A stretch of 64,000 nt of DNA from Candidatus Thorarchaeota archaeon (GCA_048884965.1 JBHLQH010000009.1:66496-130495), one strand, 5' to 3'; positions 47,928 to 58,208 are shown, counted from the first letter of the stretch. The notes: generated by a model from the letters alone, not told the origin. Program-made: numbers and translations.

Positions 47928-48731
47928 CTACTTGTGTTTTCTTGCAGAGATTATCATTGCACTTGGGACTATTCTATTTGCACGAATGAAGTCCTTGTTT
48001 GGGATGTTATCCACATAGGGCACTGCATCAGGATGTAGACTATTCAACTCCTCTTCAGAGTACCCCCTTGGCTCCTCAAACCGTTCAATTGTAAAACCAG
48101 ATTCAATCAATCCATTAATGACATGTTCCAATCTCCATGATTTGGAGTGGAATGTTGCCACTGAATCTCCTGGAGAACGCTCCCACTCCCAGATATCGTC
48201 TATCCCTTCGAAGTAATTTACTATTCTCGAGAGAGTATTCTCTATTAGAACTGATTCAAGGACTATCCAGAGTGGGTGACTCACACAGGTTACTACTCTT
48301 CCTGAGTTTCTTAGTAGTCTATTGCATTCCTGAAATACTCTTTTGATATCCGAAGCATAATTCATAGCATGAGCGGATAATATCAAATCAAAAGAGCCAT
48401 CCTCTAATTCAGACATATCCTCCATATCCATCTTCAGGAATCTAATCTGAATACCAAGCGTAGCAGCTAATGCTTTGGCATGTTTAATTTGACTCTCTGA
48501 CTGATCTATTCCTACTACAAAATTCGCTCCTTGTTTCTTGAGGACTATCGAGTTTTGACCTCCGCCACATCCAATCTCAAGGATATCAAGTCCTGAAACA
48601 TCCTCAATTATCTTTAGCTGATTCTCACCAGGTGCATATGCACCATAGTGGACATTCGCAAGTGATATTCTTCGGGATTGCTGATAATACTCAGATAGCT
48701 TATCCCATGCCATCTCATTCTGCTTCTTCAT
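47928..48731 (-). CDS. Class I SAM-dependent methyltransferase (paralog of 46655-47479)
   Basis: ILEIGCGGGQ, IDQSESQI, DGSFDLI; extensive similarity to its neighbour. Confidence 0.92.
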   Translation of the reverse strand: MKKQNEMAWDKLSEYYQQSRRISLANVHYGAYAPGENQLKIIEDVSGLDILEIGCGGGQNSIVLKKQGANFVVGIDQSESQIKHAKALAATLGIQIRFLKMDMEDMSELEDGSFDLILSAHAMNYASDIKRVFQECNRLLRNSGRVVTCVSHPLWIVLESVLIENTLSRIVNYFEGIDDIWEWERSPGDSVATFHSKSWRLEHVINGLIESGFTIERFEEPRGYSEEELNSLHPDAVPYVDNIPNKDFIRANRIVPSAMIISARKHK

Positions 48732-48878
48732 CTATTCTCCAACCCTTGAGGATAGTTCCTTGTTTCAATTCTCGCTTTTGATAAAACAGTTCGTAGACAC
48801 GCAATGCGTTCGGATGTGTTGCAGGGAGCATACCCTGCGATTACTGGTGCATATATTGTATAATATGTACCGAATAGT

Positions 48879-49334
48879 ATGGCACTCTTGGATACACTCC
48901 TTGGACTGATGATGGGATTAATCATCGCAATCCTTGTTTACATGGCAATGAATGCAAGGTTGCGTCATCGGATCGAGAAGGTACAAGCAGAGTTTGAGAG
49001 AACATGGCTTGAGCAAGAATCTAGTATTAGGAAGGATGCAACGAGCAGAAGTCGAAGTGTACTCAAGGGTAAGATTGCTGAACACATGGTTCCTATGATT
49101 CCTGAAGTATTTCATTATGAGCCAGCTGATGCCCGTTTCATTGGCGCTCCTATCGACTACCTGATCTTTGATGGCTATACCAGAGTAAAGGATGACAATG
49201 TGGATGAGCCCATTACTGTTATTCTTGCGGATATCAAAACTGGCAATGCGGTATTGAGTCGTACTGAACGAAAGATCAAGGAAGCAGTTGAATCAGGTCG
49301 AGTCAAATGGGAAACGATCCAGATCGATTTCTGA
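48879..49334 (+). CDS. Holliday-junction-resolvase-like endonuclease (Endonuc_Holl) with N-terminal TM
   Basis: RKDA..RSRSVLKG.I.E...P, DARF.G.PID...FDG, DIKTG...LS. Confidence 0.88.
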   Translation: MALLDTLLGLMMGLIIAILVYMAMNARLRHRIEKVQAEFERTWLEQESSIRKDATSRSRSVLKGKIAEHMVPMIPEVFHYEPADARFIGAPIDYLIFDGYTRVKDDNVDEPITVILADIKTGNAVLSRTERKIKEAVESGRVKWETIQIDF

Positions 49335-49417
49335 AGACTTGAGTTTAGCTGCTTTAACCGTGTAGATGATATATCCGAAGTACTCCCCCCTCTCTGGACA
49401 TTATGGAGTAATCCACT

Positions 49418-49933
49418 ATGGAAGATGACGGTATCCATAAGTTCGACGAGGACATTCAAGGAATCTCCTATCGGCAATACCTCCGAGATGCGTATGCAGG
49501 TCGAATCACGCTCATCAGAGAGCTTGAGGCCATACTTGGGCAAAAAAGAACTCATGAGATCATAGAGAAGTTCTACACTCAGAACACGATAGATAGTGTC
49601 AAGAAGCTAGTCGATGGTCTTGATACCTCTCTTGAGTCCATCGAGGATTTCAGGGACCTTATGATGAAGCTCAAAGAAGCTCCTTTTGCCAAGCAGTGTC
49701 AGACAGATGAGTTCATTGAATCAGAACCTGGCACTGTCCGATTCTGTACGAAGGAGTGTCTATATGCTGATGTCTTCAGAGGAATGGATGCAGCTGATTT
49801 GGGACTCATCATTCTTTGCAATGGAGATATTTCATCAGCCGAGGTTTTTCACCCCAAGCTGCGTCTTGAACGAACGAAGACTCTGATGCAAGGCGATGAT
49901 TGTTGCGACTTCAAATATATGTGGGACGACTAG
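49418..49933 (+). CDS. L-2-amino-thiazoline-4-carboxylic acid hydrolase-like (ATC hydrolase/V4R-related) protein
   Basis: CLYA..F, C.GD, L.RTKTLMQGD.CCDF. Confidence 0.85.
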   Translation: MEDDGIHKFDEDIQGISYRQYLRDAYAGRITLIRELEAILGQKRTHEIIEKFYTQNTIDSVKKLVDGLDTSLESIEDFRDLMMKLKEAPFAKQCQTDEFIESEPGTVRFCTKECLYADVFRGMDAADLGLIILCNGDISSAEVFHPKLRLERTKTLMQGDDCCDFKYMWDD

Positions 49934-49939
49934 ATCGTT

Positions 49940-51754
49940 TCAGAACCAATCCCATCCATCTTCATTCCTTCTATATCGAACGATAACCAGACCTAGGACA
50001 ATGGCGATAGTGATTGAACTGGAGGTTATCACGATGCTGAAGAAGGCTGTATCAGGAGGTGCTATTGCAGTAGAAATTGCAGGCGCTGCTGACTCAGGCT
50101 TGAAGATAGTATAATTTCTATTACGAGTAAGCTCAACATACTCGCCATTGCTTCTTACATCAGATATGAAGAATGGTCCTGAAGTGACCAGCTCATCATA
50201 TTCTGGATGGTACTTCGACACATTGACAGTTGACCATTGAGCTTTTGGCAGGATTGGTACTTTTGCTATATCTGATAGATACCAATAGGACTCATCGGTG
50301 AACTCGATAACAAATTGAAAGTCCGTCTTTGCTTGAATTGAAGACAGGTCATCCCTGAACTCTGGTGTCAATAGGTAACCTGTTTCTCTAAGAAGATCGA
50401 ATGTATACGCGATATCGCTTGCATTCAAGATTGTTCCATCTGACCATCGAATATCCCTTCTAATGTTGAACGATATTCGAGTATGGTTTTCAGGAACATC
50501 TGGGTCATCATCTGTGGTTTGAATCATATATGAATCAGCAATCCACTCTATAGGATTCCCCTCCGCATCCATCCTTAGTAGAGGGTCATATAGCTCGCAG
50601 AGGATATCCTTCGCATACGCACTTCTTGATGTCAGGATATTGAAAGTATCCGGATAGAGGGGGCTAACCCATCTAAATGTTCCACCTCTTTGCGGTTTTC
50701 CTAGACTTTTGCTAAACACCTCTTGATTTGTCCACCAAGAAGGAGTTCCATCCAAGGCATCATTCACATGTCCATCAAAGATATCAACACGGTGAGCATG
50801 GAGGATCTTGTTCTGATAGCAGACGATGATTGGACTTTCGTAAACGAATATTTCTTGCATCTTGAATGCCGCTTCATATACCTCTTCAAATGAAGTTCCA
50901 TGCAGAAGCTGTTCTATCCATGAATCGAATAAGTCATTCCTAAAGTTAGGGAAATTCAAGTAGCTCCGGTCCGCAGAATCCGAGCAATAGTCCTTTGCCA
51001 ACCAATCCACTGCGAAATCATTGAACGATTTCCCGATGAATACCACATCATAGTCTCCATGAAAGTAGAGTCTGTTCAGATAGTCATAGAAGTCAGTCGG
51101 TTCGTAATGAGCGTTGATATCTATGTCCAGCAATGCTTGAGCTGCTATTGGTGCAACCTCAATAGAGATTCCCCCGCTTTGAGGACACTCTATCGTTACA
51201 TTGAATGGGATACCATTCGGAGCTTCTCTAAACCCATCATTGTCAACATCAAAGAATCCTGCTTGGTCTAATAGATAATCTGCATGCTGAAGATCTTGCT
51301 CATAGTAGGAATCTAGCAACTTGCCCTCACATGATAAAGGATTGTTCTTTGGAACAGGGCTATCCAATGGCTCTGCAAAATTGTCCCAGACTCTCTCAGC
51401 GATTTGATTTTTATCAAGTGCAAATGCAAAGGCCCTCCGAAACGCCGTAATATTGAATGGGTATTTTGCTGTATTTATGCAAAGGAATCCATATCCATTT
51501 TTCATAGAATGCGTGATCGATATGTCATTATCGGCAAGCAGTGTATCGTAAAATGTCGGATCGATATCACACCCAATGATATCAACGCTACTGGTCTGAA
51601 GTGCTTGAACCATCTGATCGTCTTGCGTTACTACGGTGAAGCTGAGTTCGTCAATGTATGGACCTCCCAAATTGATTGATTCAACTACAACTGGTTGGAT
51701 TGCTAGAAGCACAATCATAGATGTGAGTCCAAGAATTCGTAAGAGATTCCTCAT
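49940..51754 (-). CDS. ABC peptide/nickel substrate-binding protein (family 5, circularly permuted archaeal type)
   Basis: GPYIDE, N..KYPFN...FRRAFAFALDK, LYDPL, WSDG..L.A.D..YTF, SGPF; C-terminal TM. Confidence 0.88.
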   Translation of the reverse strand: MRNLLRILGLTSMIVLLAIQPVVVESINLGGPYIDELSFTVVTQDDQMVQALQTSSVDIIGCDIDPTFYDTLLADNDISITHSMKNGYGFLCINTAKYPFNITAFRRAFAFALDKNQIAERVWDNFAEPLDSPVPKNNPLSCEGKLLDSYYEQDLQHADYLLDQAGFFDVDNDGFREAPNGIPFNVTIECPQSGGISIEVAPIAAQALLDIDINAHYEPTDFYDYLNRLYFHGDYDVVFIGKSFNDFAVDWLAKDYCSDSADRSYLNFPNFRNDLFDSWIEQLLHGTSFEEVYEAAFKMQEIFVYESPIIVCYQNKILHAHRVDIFDGHVNDALDGTPSWWTNQEVFSKSLGKPQRGGTFRWVSPLYPDTFNILTSRSAYAKDILCELYDPLLRMDAEGNPIEWIADSYMIQTTDDDPDVPENHTRISFNIRRDIRWSDGTILNASDIAYTFDLLRETGYLLTPEFRDDLSSIQAKTDFQFVIEFTDESYWYLSDIAKVPILPKAQWSTVNVSKYHPEYDELVTSGPFFISDVRSNGEYVELTRNRNYTIFKPESAAPAISTAIAPPDTAFFSIVITSSSITIAIVLGLVIVRYRRNEDGWDWF

Positions 51755-51871
51755 GTCTGCCTACCATATTCCAGTACACTCTGTTACGGAAGGGGAACGG
51801 CGTTCTCTCCACATAACACTTATTGTGTGCGAAATTACAGGTGGTAAAACCGCCTCTAATAGAAGATGCAG

Positions 51872-52201
51872 TCACTCACAGAAGCAATCATGCATTATCG
51901 CTTTCACGATAGCATCTCGAACTGAACCTTCTCGTGGTAGCCCAACGATACATTCGTTGCATATCTCTATGGTAGGAAGCGCGACTATTCCCTCATCTGC
52001 AGCAGATGTATCATCTATGCCGAAATCCACCTCGTGAATCATATCTTCTGAAACACCAAATTGCTTGAGAACATCTCGTAGAATCTCATCTGCAGGCGAA
52101 CAAAAGATGCAGTGCTCTCCCTTGTAGAAGATGATACACCCTCGTTTTCCACACGCAACTTGAAGATCACTCGGGCATTCAGCTGGCAACTTTGCTTTCA
52201 T
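51872..52201 (-). CDS. Small thioredoxin-fold protein, Cys-rich
   Basis: FY...CIFC, GI.ALPT (cis-Pro) and C-terminal DCFC. Confidence 0.78.
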   Translation of the reverse strand: MKAKLPAECPSDLQVACGKRGCIIFYKGEHCIFCSPADEILRDVLKQFGVSEDMIHEVDFGIDDTSAADEGIVALPTIEICNECIVGLPREGSVRDAIVKAIMHDCFCE

Positions 52202-52320
52202 ATGAGGTCAATCCGGTGGCGACTTCTACGGCATGGTTTGAGATTGCAGTCCTACCACAATGAACATTGGATTCAAAGCTTTATAGGAGTAGTTTGCTTA
52301 TCCCATTGCTTCATTGAACA

Positions 52321-52782
52321 TTACTTTAGAAGATGTCCCGCAATCGACTCCCCAAAGTCCTTTGCCTTCGCCTCTTCTCCTTCTGCCAAGGGGCCTTTCC
52401 TACCCTCTACTTTGGCAGAGAACCCTGTCCCCATGAGCTGTATTCCTGTGAATTTCTCCTCGACGACCTTGGAAAGTTTCTGCAATGCAATACCTTTGTT
52501 TCCTCCTGTATAGGTATCGAAGACACCTCCAAGTTTTCCTTTTACATGGACAATTGATGCACGTTCCAAGAATTTCATCATATTAAGAGCAGGAGCTTGA
52601 TTGTGATTCGGGCACCCAAAGAGAATCACATCATATTCGCAAATCTCGTCTGTGTGAATCTCTCCAGTCTTGGCGACCTTGCTTTCAATCTCGCCAGTCG
52701 TACTCAGGCCATCTGCAATGGCTTCTGCTATCTTCTTGGTATTTCCATAGACACTTTCGTATACGATGATTGCGCGTTTCAT
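52321..52782 (-). CDS. Flavodoxin
   Basis: IVYES.YGNTKKIAEAI, FGCPNH, FDT. Start moved to ATG 52782. Confidence 0.88.
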   Translation of the reverse strand: MKRAIIVYESVYGNTKKIAEAIADGLSTTGEIESKVAKTGEIHTDEICEYDVILFGCPNHNQAPALNMMKFLERASIVHVKGKLGGVFDTYTGGNKGIALQKLSKVVEEKFTGIQLMGTGFSAKVEGRKGPLAEGEEAKAKDFGESIAGHLLK

Positions 52783-52845
52783 TGCCTTACCCCGCAGATT
52801 GTTTCTTTCTCCTCTTTTTTTCTTATCTTTCGTCAATTTGAGGGA

Positions 52846-53013
52846 TTAACCTGTTCTTGCACCTGTCGTTTCTTCCTCTTTTAGCCACCGCTTGACCATA
52901 TTATGCAGCAGGTCGACCTGCTCATAGGTAAGTTTCGGAAGTTTTGCTGAGATATAGCTCCTCTTCATTTTAGCATCCATAAACTCATCTTTCAGAGACT
53001 TGCCCCGACCCAT
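52846..53013 (-). CDS. Small hypothetical protein (55 aa) MGRGKSLKDEFMDAKMKRSYISAKLPKLTYEQVDLLHNMVKRWLKEEETTGARTG
   Basis: Manually translated ORF filling the intergenic gap; amphipathic helical pattern; GAGTGG upstream. Confidence 0.55.
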   Translation of the reverse strand: MGRGKSLKDEFMDAKMKRSYISAKLPKLTYEQVDLLHNMVKRWLKEEETTGARTG

Positions 53014-53140
53014 GAAATCCACTCTGGATGCAATAATAGCACTTTGACACTTGTATCTATCGATTCATCTCACTAAACTACAAATGCGGGATTTGATTCC
53101 TATATGAAACTGTAGTCCCATAATATTGATGGTGTAGCTG

Positions 53141-54034
53141 ATGACTGAGGAAATGAATCGCGAAATCGAGGACCTATTGAAACGCGGTGAGAAGTTCCTT
53201 AGATTTAGAGAGGTCGAGGCGGCAAAGGAATCCTTCAAGAAGGCACTCAGGTTGGATGAGTCGAATGCACGAGGATGGTACCTCCTGGGTGTTGCACATA
53301 GGGATGGGAAGGAGATTGACAAAGCTCGTGACTGCTTGAAGAAGGCAATCAACAACGATCCTGAATGGCTGGAACCACTCGAAACGCTTGGCAATCTGGA
53401 GTTCTCCATTGACAATGATCGTGATGCAGTCAAATATCTGAAGAAGTACATGGAGAAAGATGGGCGTGATATTGACACCCTCCTCATATTGGCGCGTGCT
53501 TCATTCGAGATTGAGGATTGTAAAACTGTTTTGACTGTTACATCACGAATCCTAGAATCCGATGATACAATATCTCAAGTGTGGGTAATGAGAGGTATCT
53601 GTCAGGCGAAATTGGACCGATTCAATGCAGCATGCACGAGTCTTACCGTGGCATTGGATCTCCACCCCGGTTCAGTGAGCGCTCTCAATACAGTGGGCGA
53701 GCTATCATTCAAAGCAGGCAACTATCCTGTAGCAATCGAACTATACACTGCTAGCTATCAACAGAATAATGAACAACCCGAAGTTTTGTTTCGTTTAGGT
53801 GCTTCCCATTGGCTCACTAAGAATTGGTCTGCAGCCATACCATATCTAGAAACCTACGTCAAGCTTGTTCCTAATGACTCCAAAGGATGGAATAATCTGG
53901 GTGTGGTTCTTCGAGAAAAAGGTGAGGTGAAAAGAGCTATGGAGTGCTATACGAAAGCTCTAGCCTTAGATCCCTCACTTGATATTGTTAGAAAGAACAT
54001 GGCAACTGCAAAGGAAATGGAGATGCTAATCTGA
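53141..54034 (+). CDS. Tetratricopeptide repeat protein
   Basis: Repeated W..LG.......A...F.KAL.L.P units, e.g. GWNNLGVVL...G....A..CY.KALALDP. Confidence 0.92.
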   Translation: MTEEMNREIEDLLKRGEKFLRFREVEAAKESFKKALRLDESNARGWYLLGVAHRDGKEIDKARDCLKKAINNDPEWLEPLETLGNLEFSIDNDRDAVKYLKKYMEKDGRDIDTLLILARASFEIEDCKTVLTVTSRILESDDTISQVWVMRGICQAKLDRFNAACTSLTVALDLHPGSVSALNTVGELSFKAGNYPVAIELYTASYQQNNEQPEVLFRLGASHWLTKNWSAAIPYLETYVKLVPNDSKGWNNLGVVLREKGEVKRAMECYTKALALDPSLDIVRKNMATAKEMEMLI

Positions 54035-54057
54035 ACTTGGCGTTCGATACAGCCTGC

Positions 54058-54885
54058 TCATCTTCTCGCAATAATTCCAAGTGATGCTTCGTTCCTAAGT
54101 ACATCACGGAAACCAACATCTCGTAGTCGAGATATGACTCCCTTTTGTATGTCCCTCTTTTTATATCGCTTGCCAGGTGAGCCCACATAATGGTAAAGGA
54201 CTCCCCTTGGTTTCAATACTCTGTATAGATTCTCATAGAACTCGGTAGTATATAGCTCAGATTCCAGAGTGAATCTCGGCGGATCGTGAAGAATTCCATC
54301 ATATCTGCTGTTGCCAATCTCGGTGATTTTGAGAACCGCATCACCTTCAATGATTGAAACACGTTCATCTGAGAACAGCTTTCGTGACCAAGGATTCACC
54401 TGTGCAATCTTGAGAACATTTGGATCCTTCTCAATGGTGGTTATGGAGGCAGCACCTCGTTCCAGACATGAAATTGTCGAATAGCCAAGACCTGTGCAGA
54501 TCTCTAACATAGTTGAGCCCTTTCTAACGCACAGAGCTGCTTTCATTCTTGCATCTTGCATGGGATCGATTCCCTTAACTCGATGCATCAACACGCCATC
54601 GATTAGTAATGCAGGTGCCTTTCCCACCTCGGACAGAAAGAGTCTGTAATAATGCTCCTCGCTAACAGCTGCTTGATAGTATTCTCCGTCTTGGATGAAG
54701 TATACTGCATTTTCTTGTGTTGCGATCTTCTCAAGGGACTCCACATCCCAACTATCATCTAGATCAATCATGATTGTGGAAAGCCCAAGGTCTAATGAGA
54801 CCTCCATTCTCTGCAATCCCTTACTAAGTGCTTCTAGAATTGCTTTTGCTGCTGTTGCATCGAGAACTATCATTTCAGACTCCAT
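54058..54885 (-). CDS. Predicted archaeal SAM-dependent methyltransferase (COG2521-like)
   Basis: IDG..MH, LEICTGLGYS, EKDPNVL..A..NPWS, HDPPRF, LY..EFY, YRVLKP.G...HYVG.P. Confidence 0.88.
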   Translation of the reverse strand: MESEMIVLDATAAKAILEALSKGLQRMEVSLDLGLSTIMIDLDDSWDVESLEKIATQENAVYFIQDGEYYQAAVSEEHYYRLFLSEVGKAPALLIDGVLMHRVKGIDPMQDARMKAALCVRKGSTMLEICTGLGYSTISCLERGAASITTIEKDPNVLKIAQVNPWSRKLFSDERVSIIEGDAVLKITEIGNSRYDGILHDPPRFTLESELYTTEFYENLYRVLKPRGVLYHYVGSPGKRYKKRDIQKGVISRLRDVGFRDVLRNEASLGIIARR

Positions 54886-54983
54886 TGAAATCCCTTTGAA
54901 AGGCTCTGGTTAAGACTGTTTTCACGTCAGTTCATCATTGTTGATATATAGGGGATTGTAAGGATAAATCCAAGGTGAGATAG

Positions 54984-55373
54984 TTGAATCGTGTAACCTA
55001 TCACAGATGGATGTATTCTATTGCAGCAATATGGAATTGGGTATTAGCTATTACCTTTCTTGCTCTGCCGCGAATAGACATCAATAATTTCTACATTGCA
55101 GGAGATACTATTCCTCCCACTCTACTATGGTTCGACTCTTTCATGGGATTGGTATTTGCGTTCGGAATCGGATTCTATTTGATCAGTCTCGATATGAAAG
55201 CGAACCATGGAATGATTATGGTTGCCTCATTTGAGAAGGTCTGGGTCTTCATCATCGGATTCTTCTACTTCTTGATTGCTGAGGCTTCGATATGGGTTGC
55301 TGTTGTAGTGCTTGGGGACTTGATCTTTGGTCTGCTCTTCATAGAGGATTTGCGAGCAATAAGGAAGATGTGA
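54984..55373 (+). CDS. Small 4-TM membrane protein
   Basis: Hydrophobic segments; AAIWNW, FGIGFY, GD..FG.LF; GGTGA SD before TTG. Confidence 0.75.
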   Translation: MNRVTYHRWMYSIAAIWNWVLAITFLALPRIDINNFYIAGDTIPPTLLWFDSFMGLVFAFGIGFYLISLDMKANHGMIMVASFEKVWVFIIGFFYFLIAEASIWVAVVVLGDLIFGLLFIEDLRAIRKM

Positions 55374-55378
55374 AACTT

Positions 55379-56497
55379 CTATTTTGCATGCTTCTCGATT
55401 ACTCCTAGATAGCTCTCAAGAGGTATATTCCATCTCTCTTCTTGACCGTCGTAGAGATTGAAAATCTCTCTATATTTCGATTCCACTTTATCTGGCAGAT
55501 GGAATTGAAATGCATAGGATTTCAGATGTGGTCGGAATAGCCTAAAACCGTCCATGAACTGCTTCACGTCTGAAGCGCTCAGTCCCAGTCGTACACAGAA
55601 GCTTTTTGGGTTCTCAACAAGCACTACCCCTGGAAAAGGTAATTCCATAATACTCTGAAGGATGCTTCCTACCTTTCCTGTTGGCTGTAGGAAACATGAG
55701 AACCAGAGAAAATCTCCTGCAAAGCCATATGCGCGAGAGTACCCCTTGATGACACTCATCTTTCTCAGTCGTTGAATTCTATCCCGTACAGTCCCTATCG
55801 GTAGACGAGTTATACTTGCAAGACTTGTCATGGTGGCATCTGGATCATCTCGAAGGACTCGGAGAATCAAGATATCCTTTGAATCATATTCTATCACTTC
55901 ATTTGATGTCTTGATATCAATGGGCGGATCCATGTTCTTTTCCAAGTGTGATTCTATTCCTGTCTTCCATTCGTTCCACTTGCACGCCCATCCCTTACTT
56001 GGTCTATAAAGACTGAAATCGATGGTTTTTGTGTGGTGGTTTGCTATGTCAAAGAAGAACGAATCCTGAATCAGGCCATGTTTCTTCAGCTTCTTGGAAA
56101 TATCATCGACCATGGATGGTTTTGTTATATCGTAGGTTGTATGAACTAGATATCCATCTTGTTTTCCATTCGTTGGCACATACCAATGAAAAATAGGAAT
56201 TTCCCGAATGACTCTCTCAAGAAGGTCCGTATTCCTTGGTGCTTCTTGAAGGACTAAAATTCCCTCACCCAAGCCAATCTTTCGCTCGTCAGTTTCCAAG
56301 AATGAAGGCAGGAGGATTCCTCTCTCGATCAAGGTGGAGAGTCGGTATCGAATAGTTCTAGCAGGGATGCGTTTTGTCTTCCCATCTTTATCCTTCTCAT
56401 GTTTCGAAATATAGTCACTGAGCTCCTGAGCTGATGCATTCCCACCTAGTTTTTCAAGGGCAGTCAGAATCTTCTGATCATCAGACCATCTTTTCAT
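55379..56497 (-). CDS. Tandem Lrp/AsnC-like wHTH transcriptional regulator
   Basis: Two HTH modules: D.KIL..L...RTIRYRL..L..RG and D.KDILIL..L..D....LA....L...TVRDRI.RL...VI. Start moved to ATG 56497. Confidence 0.82.
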   Translation of the reverse strand: MKRWSDDQKILTALEKLGGNASAQELSDYISKHEKDKDGKTKRIPARTIRYRLSTLIERGILLPSFLETDERKIGLGEGILVLQEAPRNTDLLERVIREIPIFHWYVPTNGKQDGYLVHTTYDITKPSMVDDISKKLKKHGLIQDSFFFDIANHHTKTIDFSLYRPSKGWACKWNEWKTGIESHLEKNMDPPIDIKTSNEVIEYDSKDILILRVLRDDPDATMTSLASITRLPIGTVRDRIQRLRKMSVIKGYSRAYGFAGDFLWFSCFLQPTGKVGSILQSIMELPFPGVVLVENPKSFCVRLGLSASDVKQFMDGFRLFRPHLKSYAFQFHLPDKVESKYREIFNLYDGQEERWNIPLESYLGVIEKHAK

Positions 56498-56644
56498 TAG
56501 AGCTACACATCCCACTATGCATTATGAGCCACTGCCAATCTCAATATGAAACTTGCCACATATATGTAGTTAATCACCGTCACTTAGGGACGATTTCTTC
56601 TTTGAGAATCCACTTCACGTTGGTCAAAATCTACAACATTGCGC

Positions 56645-56719
56645 ACGGCAAAATATTAAAAAGAAACTTGCCGTATGTATTTCACAAGGTTCGGCAAATT
56701 CTATTGGATATTTTTGCCG
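56645..56719. promoter_or_regulatory. Two palindromic operators CGGCAA-N16-TTGCCG
   Basis: Sites at 56646-56673 and 56692-56719 have identical 16-nt AT-rich spacer lengths; the first spans the TATA-like ATATTAAA. Confidence 0.68.
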
Positions 56720-56739
56720 GTCTGTTACGGGTGAGGACT

Positions 56740-57024
56740 ATGACGTTGACGGGACTACCAATAAGCGCTCTCATTGTTTTGAATGAACTCCAGACTAAGG
56801 GGCCTATGACGCCCAAGCAATTGCGAGATGAAGTGAGTCTATCTCCACGGTCAGTTTCTGATGCACTTAGGCGATTGACTGACAAGGCTCTTTGTAAGAA
56901 GACACCCAACTTACTTGATATGCGCCAACCTATCTATAGCACAAATCCTCATGCTATTAGGGAGCTGAACGTGAATTTCGAGCAGATACGTGCAATGACT
57001 CGAATATACATGAAAGTTGTATAA
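56740..57024 (+). CDS. Small winged-helix (MarR-like) DNA-binding protein
   Basis: SA..VL..L...GPMT.K.L...V.L..R.V..AL..L, PNL.D.RQ..Y; GGTGAGG SD before ATG 56740. Confidence 0.82.
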   Translation: MTLTGLPISALIVLNELQTKGPMTPKQLRDEVSLSPRSVSDALRRLTDKALCKKTPNLLDMRQPIYSTNPHAIRELNVNFEQIRAMTRIYMKVV

Positions 57025-57037
57025 TTACAGGTACTCT

Positions 57038-58180
57038 TCATACATCTATCACTATAAGCGGCACGAGCATCTCATCCTCACACATGCCTCCATGATGTCC
57101 TTTTAGTTGATATGGCTCAATACCCGGAAATGAATTTACTATCGCATGTCCTTCCTTGCAGACCAAGGTGAAGTCACCAACTCTCCCCCGAAGTCTTCGA
57201 TTCACATCAAATAGACCAAACCAACCTTCGTCAATTAGCTTCTGGCTCTCATAGATATCGCAGGAGTCTGCAAGATTCTTCTCTACATATCTCTCGAACT
57301 CGGCTATTTGAGAAGGTTTGACATAGCAGAAAGCTGTACGAGTATCGCCACAGACTGGTAAGGTTAGAAGATCTTGTAGCAATGGATGGTCATGCATGTA
57401 TATCACACCTCCCTCTCTTGTATCATTGAACCCATGATCGCCTGTTAGAATGAAGGTAGTATTCTCCTGCTGTTCTAGGAAGGTGTCTAGCATCTGGGTA
57501 AACTCCTGCAGATGTTCAATCGCCTCAGCACTGCCTACTCCCAGCAGGTGAGCTATTGAATCCAATTCTGGCCAATATGCATGTGTATAGGTCCGTCCTG
57601 GTGTCGAAATGGCTCGTTCGATGCTTCTGAAGAAGTCACGGCTTCCAGTATATCCCTCTCTTTGCGTCGTTCCTGTCATGTATCGTGTATACACGGAGTC
57701 GATGATTCTATTCCCCATAACACTAAACACTTTCCTATTCATCCGTGGAAGTAAAGGATCAACATCAATAGTATTGCTGATTGGTATACCAATAAGATTC
57801 CCATCGATCATGTTCGTGAAGGGAAGATATCTAGAAACTAGTCCATACTCAGGAAGATGTACGTACCATCCAGTAATCGCATGTTGCTGAGGTGCTAATC
57901 CTGTAAGAAAGGTTGTGATGGCTGAGCCTGTCGAGGGCAGAAAGACCGAGGTCATCGAATCCTTCAATGATTTGCGTAATATGGAACCTGACCCATGCTT
58001 TTGTAGGTAGTTATATCCTAGTCCATCTATAATCATAAGAACGATATTCTCGGAGTCTTGTAGGTTTGCGAGGTGTGTTGAGCTAAGTTTTGCATAGGGT
58101 GTCGAAACTCCAGAAGCCTCAGCTATATCGCGCATGAGATTGACGATACTGCCTCCTTGGTATTCGGGTTTTGTAGACAT
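57038..58180 (-). CDS. Alkaline-phosphatase superfamily / nucleotide pyrophosphatase-phosphodiesterase
   Basis: IIDGLGY, TSVF.PST, HAITG, ELD..AH..G, TGDHG, HHGG....EM.VP. Confidence 0.9.
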   Translation of the reverse strand: MSTKPEYQGGSIVNLMRDIAEASGVSTPYAKLSSTHLANLQDSENIVLMIIDGLGYNYLQKHGSGSILRKSLKDSMTSVFLPSTGSAITTFLTGLAPQQHAITGWYVHLPEYGLVSRYLPFTNMIDGNLIGIPISNTIDVDPLLPRMNRKVFSVMGNRIIDSVYTRYMTGTTQREGYTGSRDFFRSIERAISTPGRTYTHAYWPELDSIAHLLGVGSAEAIEHLQEFTQMLDTFLEQQENTTFILTGDHGFNDTREGGVIYMHDHPLLQDLLTLPVCGDTRTAFCYVKPSQIAEFERYVEKNLADSCDIYESQKLIDEGWFGLFDVNRRLRGRVGDFTLVCKEGHAIVNSFPGIEPYQLKGHHGGMCEDEMLVPLIVIDV

Positions 58181-58208
58181 CTTATAATTTCACCTCTGAT
58201 TTCTATCT

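Noticed and set aside
48879-49334. Endonuclease as evidence of a mobile element or defence island
   Set aside because: It is a widespread stand-alone family, with no flanking repeats, integrase or defence genes nearby.
51760-51874. Sec read-through of the thioredoxin TGA after CFCE
   Set aside because: The downstream frame is not protein-like and no SECIS could be supported.
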